A DNA stretch of 62,947 bases, the filler included, from Guillardia theta CCMP2712 (taxonomy: Eukaryota > Protista > Cryptophyta): NCBI RefSeq assembly GCF_000315625.1. It is 6 parts of 6 records of this genome, joined end to end, with 100 filler letters (N's around TTAATTAATTAA, not from the genome) between each part and the next. Parts side by side here need not be neighbours in the genome. Positions count along the whole stretch, not along the records: positions 26,829 to 42,676 come from NW_005434575.1; 5 more parts are not named here. One strand, written 5' to 3'. The position numbers were made by a program, and so were the translations under genes. This document shows positions 26,862 through 38,994 of this stretch, in pieces (position 1 is the first letter of the stretch; every line of letters starts with the position of its first letter). The notes beneath the pieces are model-generated. The model was not told the origin of the DNA, did no database searches, and saw only the letters and a list, made by a program, of their open reading frames with translations.

Positions 26862-29338
26862 TTAGCAAAAGAGAGCGTGTAAGTGTCCGTCTTTAGCCTG
26901 CAGGGCGAAAAGGAAGACAATGAGCGAACAAGCTTCAACAACATCTTTGTACCCATCCATCTCGTCGTTGGAATTCCATTCGAAATGATTGAAAGTGCAA
27001 TAACCGGAGATGTTGTTCTTATACATGATGTACAGCTGGAGCAGACGATTCAAATCAGAATAATCGTGCCATCTTCATCAGCATCATCAACCTGTTTGAA
27101 GCATGTGTCCTGCTGGTACTCCTCTGACAAGGGCAAGGGAAGCTTCTTCATCTCAATCCTACCAGTGGATAGCGAAGATTCAGGGAGAGGAGCAGGAGCA
27201 TTGAGGACGAGAGAGAAGAAGAGTTAGCGGATAAACAGGTGTGACGAGGAACACAGACTCGAATTGTTCTTGCGTTATCACTCCAGCCTCAAGAAGCTCC
27301 TGCACGCCATGGTGTATCAAAACAAAGGTCTTTACACGTTGAGCAACTCAGCAGAGTTTACATTGAGTTGACACTTCAAGTGATGCGTTCGCTTGCTCAC
27401 CCACGCCTCTACAACTTCATATCCCTTAGACACAAGTCAGCTGATAGTAATTGCAATGTTCATCTGTACCCAGTTCGGAGGAAGGGCCAAATCATCGGAA
27501 AACTTGATATGAAACGTCCGAAAGACAGGTTTGCCATTATACCTGCAGAGATTGTTACGTTACATTTTCACTCTGCATCATCTGCATTCAACGACATTCA
27601 CCCATAGATCAAATCCGTTATAAATAATCTCAGAAATCACAGTCATATCGTGATCAAGTCAGTTCTAATCTTCATCAATGCCATTACCACCATCCACCAT
27701 TCTTCACTCTGACCCTCATCACCATCATCCTTGTGCTCGCAGATGTTGCCATGACCACAAACATGTAAGAACCCATCACTCACAGCTTGTGTCTCCACAA
27801 TCTGCCGTCAACGTGTCGTTGGATGTGTCTGAGTGATCGCTTCACCGTCACGTTCACCCCTTCACCCCTCGGGCCCGTCAGTCGCTCTTGTATCTCCCTC
27901 TCCACCAACAGCTTCGTATCATTCACGTTGTATGACCAGAGTTCAGCTCCTTTGTTCAGCCGCTTGATCGCGTCCATCTCCAACTAGTTCACATCACATC
28001 TCAACGTAATCCTCTACCATGTTCGCTTCTCACCTTGATTTCGGTACCCTTGGTTATGAAAGCCTGCAAGTAGTTTCTACCAAAATGATCATCGACCAGC
28101 AGTTGGCTTCTTCATCAAGAATAACCTGTACTTTTCCATTGCAATGTCAGCAATCTCATCTATGGTTGTATTCTGAAGGATAAGGGATCATTTTTCATGT
28201 CAAACCAACTAGACCGTAGTACCCCAATCTTGACCAGCACGTCTCCAGCGTTTATTCCAGCTCGCCAGGCAGGAAGGACAGGAGTGACCTCTGTCGAGTT
28301 GTGTCACAACAAACAAATCTGTTTACAAACAAGCAAGCATGTTCCTTTGATCACAGCTGCGCGAAATTCGACATTATATTTCACGTTCATACCAACACCT
28401 ACGGATTCACCTCAACGATCACAGCAATTCAACGATTCTGGACGAACCTTCTCCCTCTTTTTTCATGCCCTCCTTTCTCAACATATCCGAAATCCCGGCC
28501 TCGAAATCCACGTCGCATATTTCATCCTGAGAAACATTTCTTAGAACAACAGCAAGTTACTGATGAACGTGAGAAACCTTGAATGATTCCGGGATATGAG
28601 ACTCGTTGACCTCGTTGACAAACACCTTAACAGATACATGCATCAGCTCCAAGACAAGACCATCTCATCTGCCAGTCACTTTCTCATATTTGGTGTAGAT
28701 GTCTGGAAATGTGGGGTCCAGAAGATCCAACTCCCTTGTGATCATGTCTTTCCTACAGAAACCAACGATCATCATCTCTCTAAAATGCGTCACAAAATCA
28801 TGACACACTTGTAAGACGGGAGGTTATCGAGGCTGACGTTGTTAGTCTGAGTGTACAAGGGCCATCGCCACTCCATGTCTTCATCGTCCGACACACGCAG
28901 ATCTTCGAAATTTCGAGCGTCATCCATCCAAGACAAATCCTCCAAATCCTCGGCAGCCTCTGCTGCGAGTTTTTGCTGCAGGAACCAACGTCACTTGAGG
29001 CCCCCACATTGAATCAGGAGGAATCGAGTTGAAATCACCTCATATTGTCTCAAGGAGATGTTCCCCAACTCTGGGATGATGGTGTCGGGATTTACGTTCG
29101 GATATCGATCCGAGATGAAGTTATGGTCGGAGATGTCGCTCTGCCCTCCCCTCAACTCAATAACATACTTCCTTGAAAGCTGCGAGCAACGTTGGCATGA
29201 ACTCCTGGTAGGGATCCTGGAAAATTCGTGAGAACAGAGCCAAAAGATGCAAATCTGGAATGGAAGCAATCTGATAGCATGGTTGAGGATGGAGTTGAGG
29301 GAGGAGACCATAGCAAGCCTTTCAAGCATGCTCATCAT
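26862..29338 (-). CDS. Multi-exon protein with signal peptide, LRGG motif and PDZ-like domain
   Basis: MMSMLERLAM|ICIFWLCSHEFSRIPTRSSCQRCSQLSRKYVIELRGG (LRGG at 29144-29155). PDZ-like pieces ESVGVGMNVKYN, LFVVTQLDR, GINAGDVLVKIG|NTTIDEI (28410-28140) and EIQERLTGPRGEGVNVT (~27850-27900). Ends AKDGHLHALFC* at 26862. Confidence 0.6.
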
Positions 29339-30033
29339 ATCTCTCACCATGATGACCTCGCTTGCGGCCTCGTCGCTGTCCTCTCGTCCACGCAGCTCGC
29401 TACCAACACAACCCACAGCAGCAACTGCATCGCGATCCGTCCTGCCAGGCCTTCGCTGTAACGGTAACGTTATAACCGTTTCTTTTTCGTTATGTTCCCC
29501 TACACCCACCTTCTCATTTTATTCAACTTCACAAGGAGGCTCCAGGAGTTAAACAGAGGGGTGGGGTAGTTACAAAGCTGTATGTTGTCAGAATGTCGAT
29601 CAAATGACATTTCAAACTAGCGACCAAGGGGAAGAGGATTGAAGAAGAGAGGGAGGGAGGGAGGGAGGGAGAGGGAGAGAATCTATGTGAGAGTGTGAGA
29701 GAAAGTGAGGGAGGTGAAGATCACGAGAGGACGTCAGTAACCGCCAAGCTGCAGGCTTCCTTGTCTGAAGAACAATGACTGTAGGAGAATCCGCGAGCAG
29801 GGGGAGCAAGAGAGCTTAAGAGTCACCGAGGCAGACAAGCTATCGGGTCATGTACCTAAAGAGGTGGCTGAGCCATGAGCATGGCGATGGAATAGCGAAG
29901 GAAGAGAAGTTGGAACAGGAATCCAGATTCACAGATGGCAATGGGCACCGTTTTTTCCTTGATGAATTTCCTCTTGACTCCATGCTGGAGCGCGACAAGA
30001 GGAGGGAGAGGTAAGCAGAGGTAACGCAGCAGC

Positions 30034-32710
30034 ATGTCAGACCCCCTCGAATCGATCAGCTCGTCATCGCCGACCTTTGAAGATCTTAGCACCGAGGCCC
30101 TTACCTCGCCACTCTGCAGAGTTGACACGTTGGACACTGTAGTGTTGCTGTTGATACCGGATCATGGCCCGAGAAAGCCCGAGAGGTCGGATAATGGTGC
30201 AAGTCGTCGGGGCACGTCCTCTTTCGATCCGGAAAGCAACGCCGAGTATCAAAGATTCCTCGAACAAGAGGACACAGGAGTGATGAAGATGAAGATGTCC
30301 AATCTGCAATTCGACATGTTTGTGCAGGAAGATGTCGCCCGTAGAGCTCAACGACATGACGTCAAGATTCTCACAATTCGTCCTCCCAAGCTGCCAATGA
30401 CACCAAACTTTGATCATGTCGTCTACTCGGAATCAGAAAATGAGGTGGAGGATGAAGTTGAGCAGGAGCATGAACAGGAGGAGGAGAAGGAGGAGGAGAA
30501 GGAGGAGGAGGCGGCGCAGGATAGTTCGCGCATGATGCATGATGGGATTGAAGCAGTCTCCCATGATCGCGAGAGAGATTTCAAGGCAAATTCACCTGCT
30601 CAATCAGGCACGTCAGATGATGGCTCTGAAGGCAGCGGCAGCTCGTCCAGTGAACTCGCCTTGAACAACATTGCGAATTTAGGTTCGGACAGCCTGATGT
30701 CTCTGGACTTATCGGAGATGATAGAAGAGGAATCAAGAAGAGTTCTAGAAAAATACAAGGTGAAGGTCAAGGAGGCTGTATTCCAGGACTTTGATCAGGA
30801 GGTACGTCTTGCTTGCTTTCCTCTTCCATTCCTCTTCCATTCCTCCTTGCTGATCGCCTTACGATGTTGTCCTAGATGATGAAGGCTGCTGTGAATGCAG
30901 CCAAGGACGAGCTTGAGATGCTCATCATGTACAAAGTGAAGAAGAATGACTCAGCGAGTGACATCAGCACAAACGCGATGGTGAACCGGTTGAGGCAGAG
31001 CAAGAGGATTGAGCTTGTCAGAAGGGGAGTAGATGGCCGTTGGCCAGCCTTGCAAGAGGAGCTCCTACAGGAGGCAGAACATTGGATCAGCCTCAAAGAA
31101 TCTGAGGAGATCGAAAACGACTTCACCGACGACAGTCATGTGTTTCGCATTCGCTACATAGATGACATCGATTGAAAGCATGTGTTGACCAGCTCAGCAT
31201 TTTTCCACGAATTCATTTCAATCATCGATTTTGAAGCAATGGCAATTGATCTAATAACTCTTGCGCGACTTTCCTGGTGTCGTCGAGGATGTTTTCGTCT
31301 CTGGATGTTTCCCACTTATTCAGATTTTCCTCCTCAAACTTTTCGGCTGGCAAGGCTCCGCAGATCTGTTTCCCGTCAGGCAACGACCACCAGCCTTACC
31401 GAAGAATCATCACCTCCTCCAGGACTTCGAAGAACTTGACGAACTTCCCTCTGACCCTCCCTCTGCATGCGATGATCACTTGCTTCCCGGTGCTGCTTGC
31501 TTCTGACGCCATGCTCACTGAATCTGCGGTGATCACAATGATCTGGAGAGAGACGTTATACGAGAAGGAACCCTATTTTCGTTTACTTGGGATCCATGGA
31601 GCATGTGCGTGTAGGGGTTCGGTCTGCCATCATGCTTTGCGGGAGAGAACAAGTATCGCTGATGATACGGGACCTTCCTTTCAAGCCATTCTTCGATCTC
31701 CTGCAACACACCCTTGACAAGGTGCTGTCAAACATATCCGAGGAGGACCTGAGCTAGTTTCCAGCTCGTCCTTCTTGACAGGGTGACAAAGAAGGCCGTC
31801 TTCTTCGTGCTCGTGAGCAGCTGCTGCACGACATTTTGCAGTTCGCCGGTCAGATCTTGAAAGGTCCAGGGGCATTTGGAGGTAGGAGACCCGATCAGAA
31901 TTGATACCAGCAGGTCTGTAACGGACGAGGCTGAGTACCAACTTGTCAGCTGGAAGTCAGATACCTGGAGGCCCCGTCTGCTGCTGCAAGTGGGGCAGCA
32001 GCTGGCAAAGATGACGGGAAGAAGATTTCCTGTCCTCGTCACGGACTGGCTCAACGTCATGCAACGATCCGATCGTGAAGAGCTGGTTGTCCCGGAGCTT
32101 CCAAAGGTTTTGTTTCATATCCTGCTTGTATGATCTGCCAGTGTAATGAAGCGTCGTTCATACCTTGGCACCTTACTACCTTACATCATGAATAGGAGAC
32201 ACAACTGCATCAAACAAATGAGTTGAACAATGCGGTTGTTGAATCTGAATCGAGCAGGCTGAGTTTCCCTGCATTCATCGTCACAGCCGCTACAGTGTCA
32301 CGTTTTTCTTCTCACAGACGTTTCGCGCAAGTACAGACTGGACAACACCGTCGTTCGGCCAGAAGCAATCACGAGACCTGAGAATGGCCCTGACAGCAAA
32401 TTCACTCTCTCCTTCTGCAACGCGTCGAAATGTGTTGCAAACAGAGCCTGGGGCTGCAAAGAAGGATTCAGCGTTCATCTCGCACCAAGGGAGGACATCA
32501 CACCATCCATGTCCGCAACTGAACTTGAACAGAGTTGGGAAGGAGGGCAAGCGGATATCTTGGTACCACACGCACAAAGATAGGTCGAAAACGAGTGTTG
32601 CGCTTCTCCGAGAGGATCTGGAGATGGCGCTGACAACATTTTCGCAATTAATGTCCATCACATTTCATCGAATCACAGCAGAAACAATTACCAGTAGACC
32701 AAAGCATTGA
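30034..32710 (+). CDS. Uncharacterised multi-exon protein with acidic N-terminal half
   Basis: ORFs 30034-30879, 30876-31175, 31876-32133 and 32384-32710 on the same strand with splice-like borders (FDQE|gtacg...ctag|MMKAAV); no domain recognised; ends uncertain. Confidence 0.55.
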
Positions 32711-33385
32711 TTCTCTGCACCTGCACATCCATTGCCCAAGATCAAAACCTACATCGTCAACCCTCTTGTCATTGGATTCGCAATTGACCAGCGCATCATC
32801 GTGAACCTTCACTTCGCTTCCCGAAGAGCCCTTGAAAAAATTCTTGCACTGATCTAGCTGACGAGGTATGGGTGCATTCAAGATGGTGTTTCTGCAGATT
32901 GATGTAAGATCCTTGGAAATGGCTCAACGAGCAAGACGTGGAAAGAACCATGCGAAGGGGAAGTAAAGGAGGAAGGGACGAGAGGAGAGTGTCCACGAGA
33001 GCATGGGAGACCTTGTCTTCTTGTTTCTCATCCAGCATGCCACTGAGACCCCGCCAACTACCAGCAGAGCCCCAGCGACCTCTGCCTGAGTCATCACCTA
33101 CTGCGCCATACCCGCCCTCTTCCACTGTTCAAGCTCCCCACCAAAGAAAAACAAATTTGTTTTTTTATTTTACACACAGATTTTTTTTATTCCGAGTTCC
33201 CAGAGAGTTTGAGGTCAAAAAAAGGTTGACCACCCGAACCCGGGAACATGAATGGTACCAGTACCCACCCCTATTATTTCCACAGTAACTGAGAGATATA
33301 AAGGGGGTAGTGTCCGGGATATGACTACCCCAACCCCGATCGTACCCCCCACTCCGATACCCCACCAGGGACAATATTCACCGCC

Positions 33386-34180
33386 ATGGAGTGGGAGGAA
33401 GAGGTTTATGCTTCCCTCGACTCCTCATCGCAGTTCCCTCCTGCGCCACCTGAACTTGAGCCGATCTTCATCCCCCTTGATGCCCGCGCCCTCTCAGCTT
33501 CAGATGACCCTGCTCCTGAGCTCGAGAGCCTCGACTTTCTTAATGACTCCGCTTTCCCCGACAATTCCGCAAGCTTCTCCAACAAGTCGCCCCTGCCTGC
33601 CCTTGCAGGCAAACGCAGCAGACCCATTAGCAAGATCTCAGTAGCATGCAGGCGATGCAAGGACCAGAAGGTCAGGTGCACCGACCAGGTGCCTTGCTCG
33701 AGGTGCATCAACTCCGGGCTAGGGCCCACGTGTACTAAGATGAAGGCGCCGATGCTGCCGATGAAAGCGCCGATGCTGCCGAGAAGCTTCCCGCTGTTCG
33801 TTCCGGGGGAGCCAGCGATAGCACTAGGAGGGAGCTACGGGTGTTTACCGCAAGTTTGGTATCAACCAGAAGCAGCGATGCAGCTACGGGCCAAGTCAGC
33901 ATGCGACCACTGCAGACTAAGTAAGGTGCGATGCGACGAGGCGAAACCCTGCAGCCGGTGCCGGCACAACGGACTATCATGTCCGTTGTCGAGCTATGCA
34001 CTCAACTTACCATCTGATACCGTGAGGGCCATGGAGAGCAAGCGACGTCGATCTCAAGTGAAGCAAGCGTGCGAGGTATGCCGGAGCTCGAAGGTGAAAT
34101 GCGAGGACGTGCGGCCATGCAGCCGCTGCAAACGAAGTGGAATGACCTGCGTAGATGTAGACCAAATGAAGTCGCCATGA
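33386..34180 (+). CDS. Intronless transcription factor with three Zn(II)2Cys6 (Gal4-type) binuclear clusters
   Basis: Three C-x2-C-x6-C-x5-C-x2-C-x6/8-C motifs at 33647-33733, 33902-33982 and 34070-34150; acidic N-terminus. Confidence 0.95.
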   Translation: MEWEEEVYASLDSSSQFPPAPPELEPIFIPLDARALSASDDPAPELESLDFLNDSAFPDNSASFSNKSPLPALAGKRSRPISKISVACRRCKDQKVRCTDQVPCSRCINSGLGPTCTKMKAPMLPMKAPMLPRSFPLFVPGEPAIALGGSYGCLPQVWYQPEAAMQLRAKSACDHCRLSKVRCDEAKPCSRCRHNGLSCPLSSYALNLPSDTVRAMESKRRRSQVKQACEVCRSSKVKCEDVRPCSRCKRSGMTCVDVDQMKSP

Positions 34181-34479
34181 TAGGGGAGTATGTGGTTTAT
34201 GATTATTTGTAAATTGCTCGGTTGGAAAGTCTTTGTGGGAGACCCGTACTGACGCTCCGAGCCTGAGTGTGAACCGTGGGCCGTTTGAGGGCACGACTTG
34301 TGGTTATCAGAACTTGCTTCTAGAAACTTGAATGGCGGGGAATCACACGCTGACACGGAGTGAGCTGCTCTAATCATTGAATCACAATTGTGGTAACAGT
34401 TATCATAGTGCTAAGTCCGCGCAGTGATTCGTTGTTTGCCGTTTACACTTCAACCCCCGGCTTTTCGCGGGCGCTGTAC

Positions 34480-34850
34480 TAGTACATTGCGGTCCGACCG
34501 TACGGTACACCTTTACTTCCACCCTTTTGTACGGGCCAGGACACTAACTTCCGTCCGGCGCTCAGGCTAGCTTGTCCGCAGCGGCTGAGCGCCGGCTCCG
34601 CCGGCCCCCGGTTCTGCGCCGCTGCGTGGCCGCCCCGGCCGCGCGGTCCGTCACCACGTTGACTCACAGTGACCCGCGGCCAGGGCACGATGCCAGGATA
34701 TGCTACTCCATACTATGATATGGCCGTCAGGCCCGATCGACATCTCCTGGCCCGGGCGAGCCAGTCACGCGCGGCGGCCTGGCACTGAGGTGACTGCGGC
34801 CGCCAGCCCGTTGGTTTGCAGTGATTCGGCCCGAGTCGGATCGGAGGGCT
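34480..34850. repeat. GC-rich CCGG/GACTC island
   Basis: Same vocabulary as 20400-21320. Confidence 0.55.
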
Positions 34851-35258
34851 TTTTGACTGAGAGTTTGAGTGTACCTCAAAACTATTCATTTTGAAGAGCG
34901 ATAATTTCAAATCACAATGATGATGTTTCATCATTTCAGTGACTACTTGGCTCTGGGTTCAACTGCCATGAGGGCCATGGCAACAGTCCCAGCGGCGATC
35001 ATGCCGGATGGCAGAGCAAGGGGGGAGATAAAATGGTGGAGCAAGTGAAGGATGAGGACGGAGGCATCACGATGAAGGCGGAGCTGCAGCGATGGACCTA
35101 TGGGCTCAAGTCTTCTTCAATGGAAGTCGGCGATAGCAACTGAATGCTGGGCAGCAGAAGGTCCTGCTGAGAGGGAAGTTTCCACACTGTTATCTGGCAG
35201 ACGGAGGTTGGCGAGTTTGCTCCCTCGTTGAGATCATCTTGTTTGGTAAGAATCCACC

Positions 35259-36935
35259 ATGATCACAGGAGCTGGGCCTCTCAACATGCTCCCGTATGAC
35301 CCGAAGTTTGCTAAGCAGCGCTTTTTCGGAAAAGCAAAGGGAGATTCTGCCAAATATGATAATTCAACTATCGCTAGAAGTCTTCAAGGAGCATCAAGAG
35401 AAATGAAAGAAAAAGGGAGAGAACAAACAGATCTTGCTGCTTTGCTGGTTAAGAGCACAGCAACGAACATTGGATTCACGATCCGATTCCAACAAATTCC
35501 GCGCATGGAAAGAAAAATCAACCAAGATATGGAGGGATTGAATCGTCCATTCTTTCGTGATCAGCTGTATGACAAAGAGAGCGCTACACCTTCCCAGAGC
35601 TTTCGCTTGACGAGGCTCCCTCCTATCCGCCTTGATTCGGGCAAGTTATCCCAAGGCATTCGCAGTCATTCAGTGGACTTTAATTTCCCCTGGAGCTCGA
35701 GTCCTCTCCTCAAGAAGAAAACAGCAGAAACTAGCAGATCTTTCACTGAGCTTCCTCCCAGAGCATCCGGATCTCAGAAGGTCAAGCTGGGAAGGGTGAC
35801 GGCGAGAGAGCCGGAGGAGGTTCAGGGCTGGAAGGTGGGAGAGTGCTTATCGGAGGAAGCGATCTGTCTGCTGGTAGAGCATGCTAGGAAGTACAGCGAT
35901 GAGTCCAGACGTTGGCTCACCGAGAGTTTCAAGACGAACGGACAAGTTTGGAAGAGCAAGAAGCTCAGCAGCGGGGGAGCGAGTCTGTTGAGGATGCTGT
36001 GGAGCCTCTTCAATCTCAAGGGATCAGACCTCACAGAGCTGGTAAGCGACAGGGCAACCTTTGAGATAGATTACCATCAGATCCAAGAGGGTATCGACCA
36101 GACCCTGCTGGCTGGCCTCCTGCAGGGATTGAAATGGCTGGAGGGAGACGCTGACGAGCCGAACGGCTCAATCGCGCCATGGCAGATGAGGAAATTCCTC
36201 CTGCAAGCTGAGAACGAGATGCAGCGATCGGGCGTGTGCTTGCCGCAGACCTCCAGCGTCAGCTTCTTGAAATTCGTTCACTTCATCCATGCGATGATGG
36301 TAGAGGTGGGAGACGCGATAGAACGACGACACGTCCTCGTGCAGGCTCCTCCCCCCGCCCCGGCCGAGCGAACGGAAGGAAGGAGAGTTTCCATCTCCAA
36401 GTCAGCAGTGTTCGAGCTGGAGTCCAGCTGCCCTGGAGGGCTGAGCGCCGACCTCTTCGCCATCTTCACGAGGTTCCAGAGGGTGGAGGACGGCAACCGG
36501 TGCCACCTGGACGCTCTCAAGGACTCCCTCTACATGAACGGATACGGCCACCATGAAACCCTCGACATCTGTAGGATCGCAGGTAGGCACATCGATGAGA
36601 CCAGGATGGTGAGCATGGAGAGCTTTGCGGCGATCATGGCAGAATTCCATGAGCAGAAGGACAGTGTTGTCCTCCCCCCGGGCATGCAGAACTCCCTGTC
36701 CTTGCTTGTGGTCTTCGAGCCCTCCATCGCAAACATCGACGACATCATCCAGCTCTTGTCCAAGGATCTCAATTTACAGATGGGAAACAGCGAGGACGGG
36801 AAGGAGGTGAATGTCATCGTAGAGTTCGTGGTGCTCAGAAACGACACGAGCTTGTCCAACGGGAGGCCTCCCAGGAGGTGTCTGCATCGTACCTCCCGCC
36901 TTGTCCACTACCTCGGCCCTGAAGATTGTATCAGG

Positions 36936-36975
<40 letters not shown>

Positions 36976-36976
36976 C

Positions 36977-37015
<39 letters not shown>

Positions 37016-38954
37016 TTCTCCTCCTCCTCCTCCTCCTTCTCCCGCTTCTGCTCCCCCCGGTTATCTCCTCCCGTACCCTTCCTCTGCTCTCCCTCATGTC
37101 TTCCTTCCGCTATCGATTTCATACTCATATTCTCAGCTGTTGTATCTCCTTCTTCTTCTCTCTCCCTCCTCCTTCGCCTGCGTTGACATCCCTCTCCTTT
37201 CAGGCTAGCAATCAGCATGAGGGGCCTCAGCTTGCACACTCTGTGCTTGTGCTTCACCTCTGCCGATCTGATCCACGAGCAGCACATCCCCTCCTTCATG
37301 AAACTCAGCAGGTTCGACTCCATGGTCACATCCTTGCGAGCGCAGGGAGAGACGATGAGCGACGAGCTGGCGAACGTGAGACTCCTCCTCCTCCTCCTCC
37401 TCCTCCTCCTCCATCTTCCTCCTGCTCCGTTTGTTCCTCCATCTCCTCCCAGTCCGCGATACCCTCCACATCCTTGCTGCTTCTGCTGCCACTGCTGTTC
37501 TTGTTCTTGCCGCTCCTCACCGGACTCCTCACTCTCTGTCTTCAGCTCCTTCAAACTTGTTTCAAGGCCGACACCTCGTCGAAGGTGCCTGCATACCGGT
37601 AGGGTCGAGCTTCCCTGCTCTTCTCCAGCTGAAAGCGAGCAGGTTCGCCCCAAACGGGAGGAAGAGGCTGAGAGAAGTGAAGAAGTTTGTGCTCGATTGT
37701 GAGCCGAGGGGAGGAGATCGGGATGTCGAGTTGAACGCTATGGCAGACATGGAGCGACAGTCGTTGAAGTTTGAGGACGTTGAAGAAGAATTGATCTACT
37801 TTGGCCCTGTCATGGAGGTTACTTGCTTCTGCTGCCTCCTCTCTCCCTGCCGCCTTCGTCTTTCCTCACTCTCTAAATTTGTCCTCCCTTTCTCCCTTCC
37901 TCCTCACGTATTTGATCCACCAGGTCATGGCCGGGCTGTCAGAGATCGCAGAGTCGCGCATAGTCTTGCTCGAGGAGGTTGAAATCGTGAACACGATCGC
38001 CATGGACAAGGCCCGCAGTTGCATGGACCTCTTCACATCTCGTGTCCCTTCCGCTGCCGTCCAGACCGTCTTCCTATCCTCTGAAAGATCCAAAGACAAC
38101 CTGCCTCCCAACATCTCCTCCTACTCTAATCTCGGTCTGCCCCTGCGATGCTCCGCTGTTGCCGGATCGCTGACGCGCATGCGTCAGACAAGGTGGTGGA
38201 CGACCATGTCAACTCTCTCCATCGCACGATACAGCAGCGCTGTAACAAGTCGAAAGTTCTCGACGAGCAGGCAGGAAGGAGGAAGTTGTTGTGCTGTCTG
38301 TGTGACTGGCGAGTAGGACGTGCATTGGGGAATCATCAAGAGAGAAATCTTCGAGATGAAACAGCAGCACCTCGTTGTCAACGATCAAGACCAGCACAAA
38401 GTCAGATACATCTTGTTTCTCTCCTCCTCCTCCTCCTCGTCCTCCTCCTCCTCCTCCTCTCCTTCTTCTTTCCTCCTTCTTCCTCTTCCTCTCCTCCCGT
38501 CCCTTTCTTCACACCTTTCCCCCTCTCCTTTCCTCCATCAAATTCCACCTCTGCTCCTAAATCTCCGCCTCCTCAGACGCTCCTCCACATCGCTGCATAC
38601 CTCCGTCAGGATGGGTTCTGGCTGCACCAGAAAGCTCTAGCAAAGCAGAGGATGACCATTAGGAACAGCAAGGTGTCAGATAGCCTGCTAGACAATCAGA
38701 TCGACCGGGCGCTGCGTCTCAGCAGTCAGGCAGTAGCTGAAGGATCGACCTCCTGGGGCTTCGAGGGGGAGAGCAAGACCTTTGAACTTCCTTCGAATGA
38801 CCAACAGGCCCAGGTCCCTCCTCCTCCTCNNNNNNNNNNNNNNNNNNNNNNNNNNNNNNNNNNNNNNNNNNNNNNNNNNNNNNNNNNNNNNNNNNNNNNN
38901 NNNNNNNNNNNNNNNNNNNNNNNNNNNNNCTCCTCGCTTCCCTTTGTTCCTCGC

Positions 38955-38994
<40 letters not shown>

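Noticed and set aside
26829-29550. Degenerate transposon suggested by lower GC and fragmented ORFs
   Set aside because: The fragments resolve into short exons of one gene; no RT, integrase or DDE motifs were seen.
32648-33125. Small minus-strand gene next to the Zn-cluster promoter
   Set aside because: No recognisable domain or consistent splice pattern; support is insufficient.
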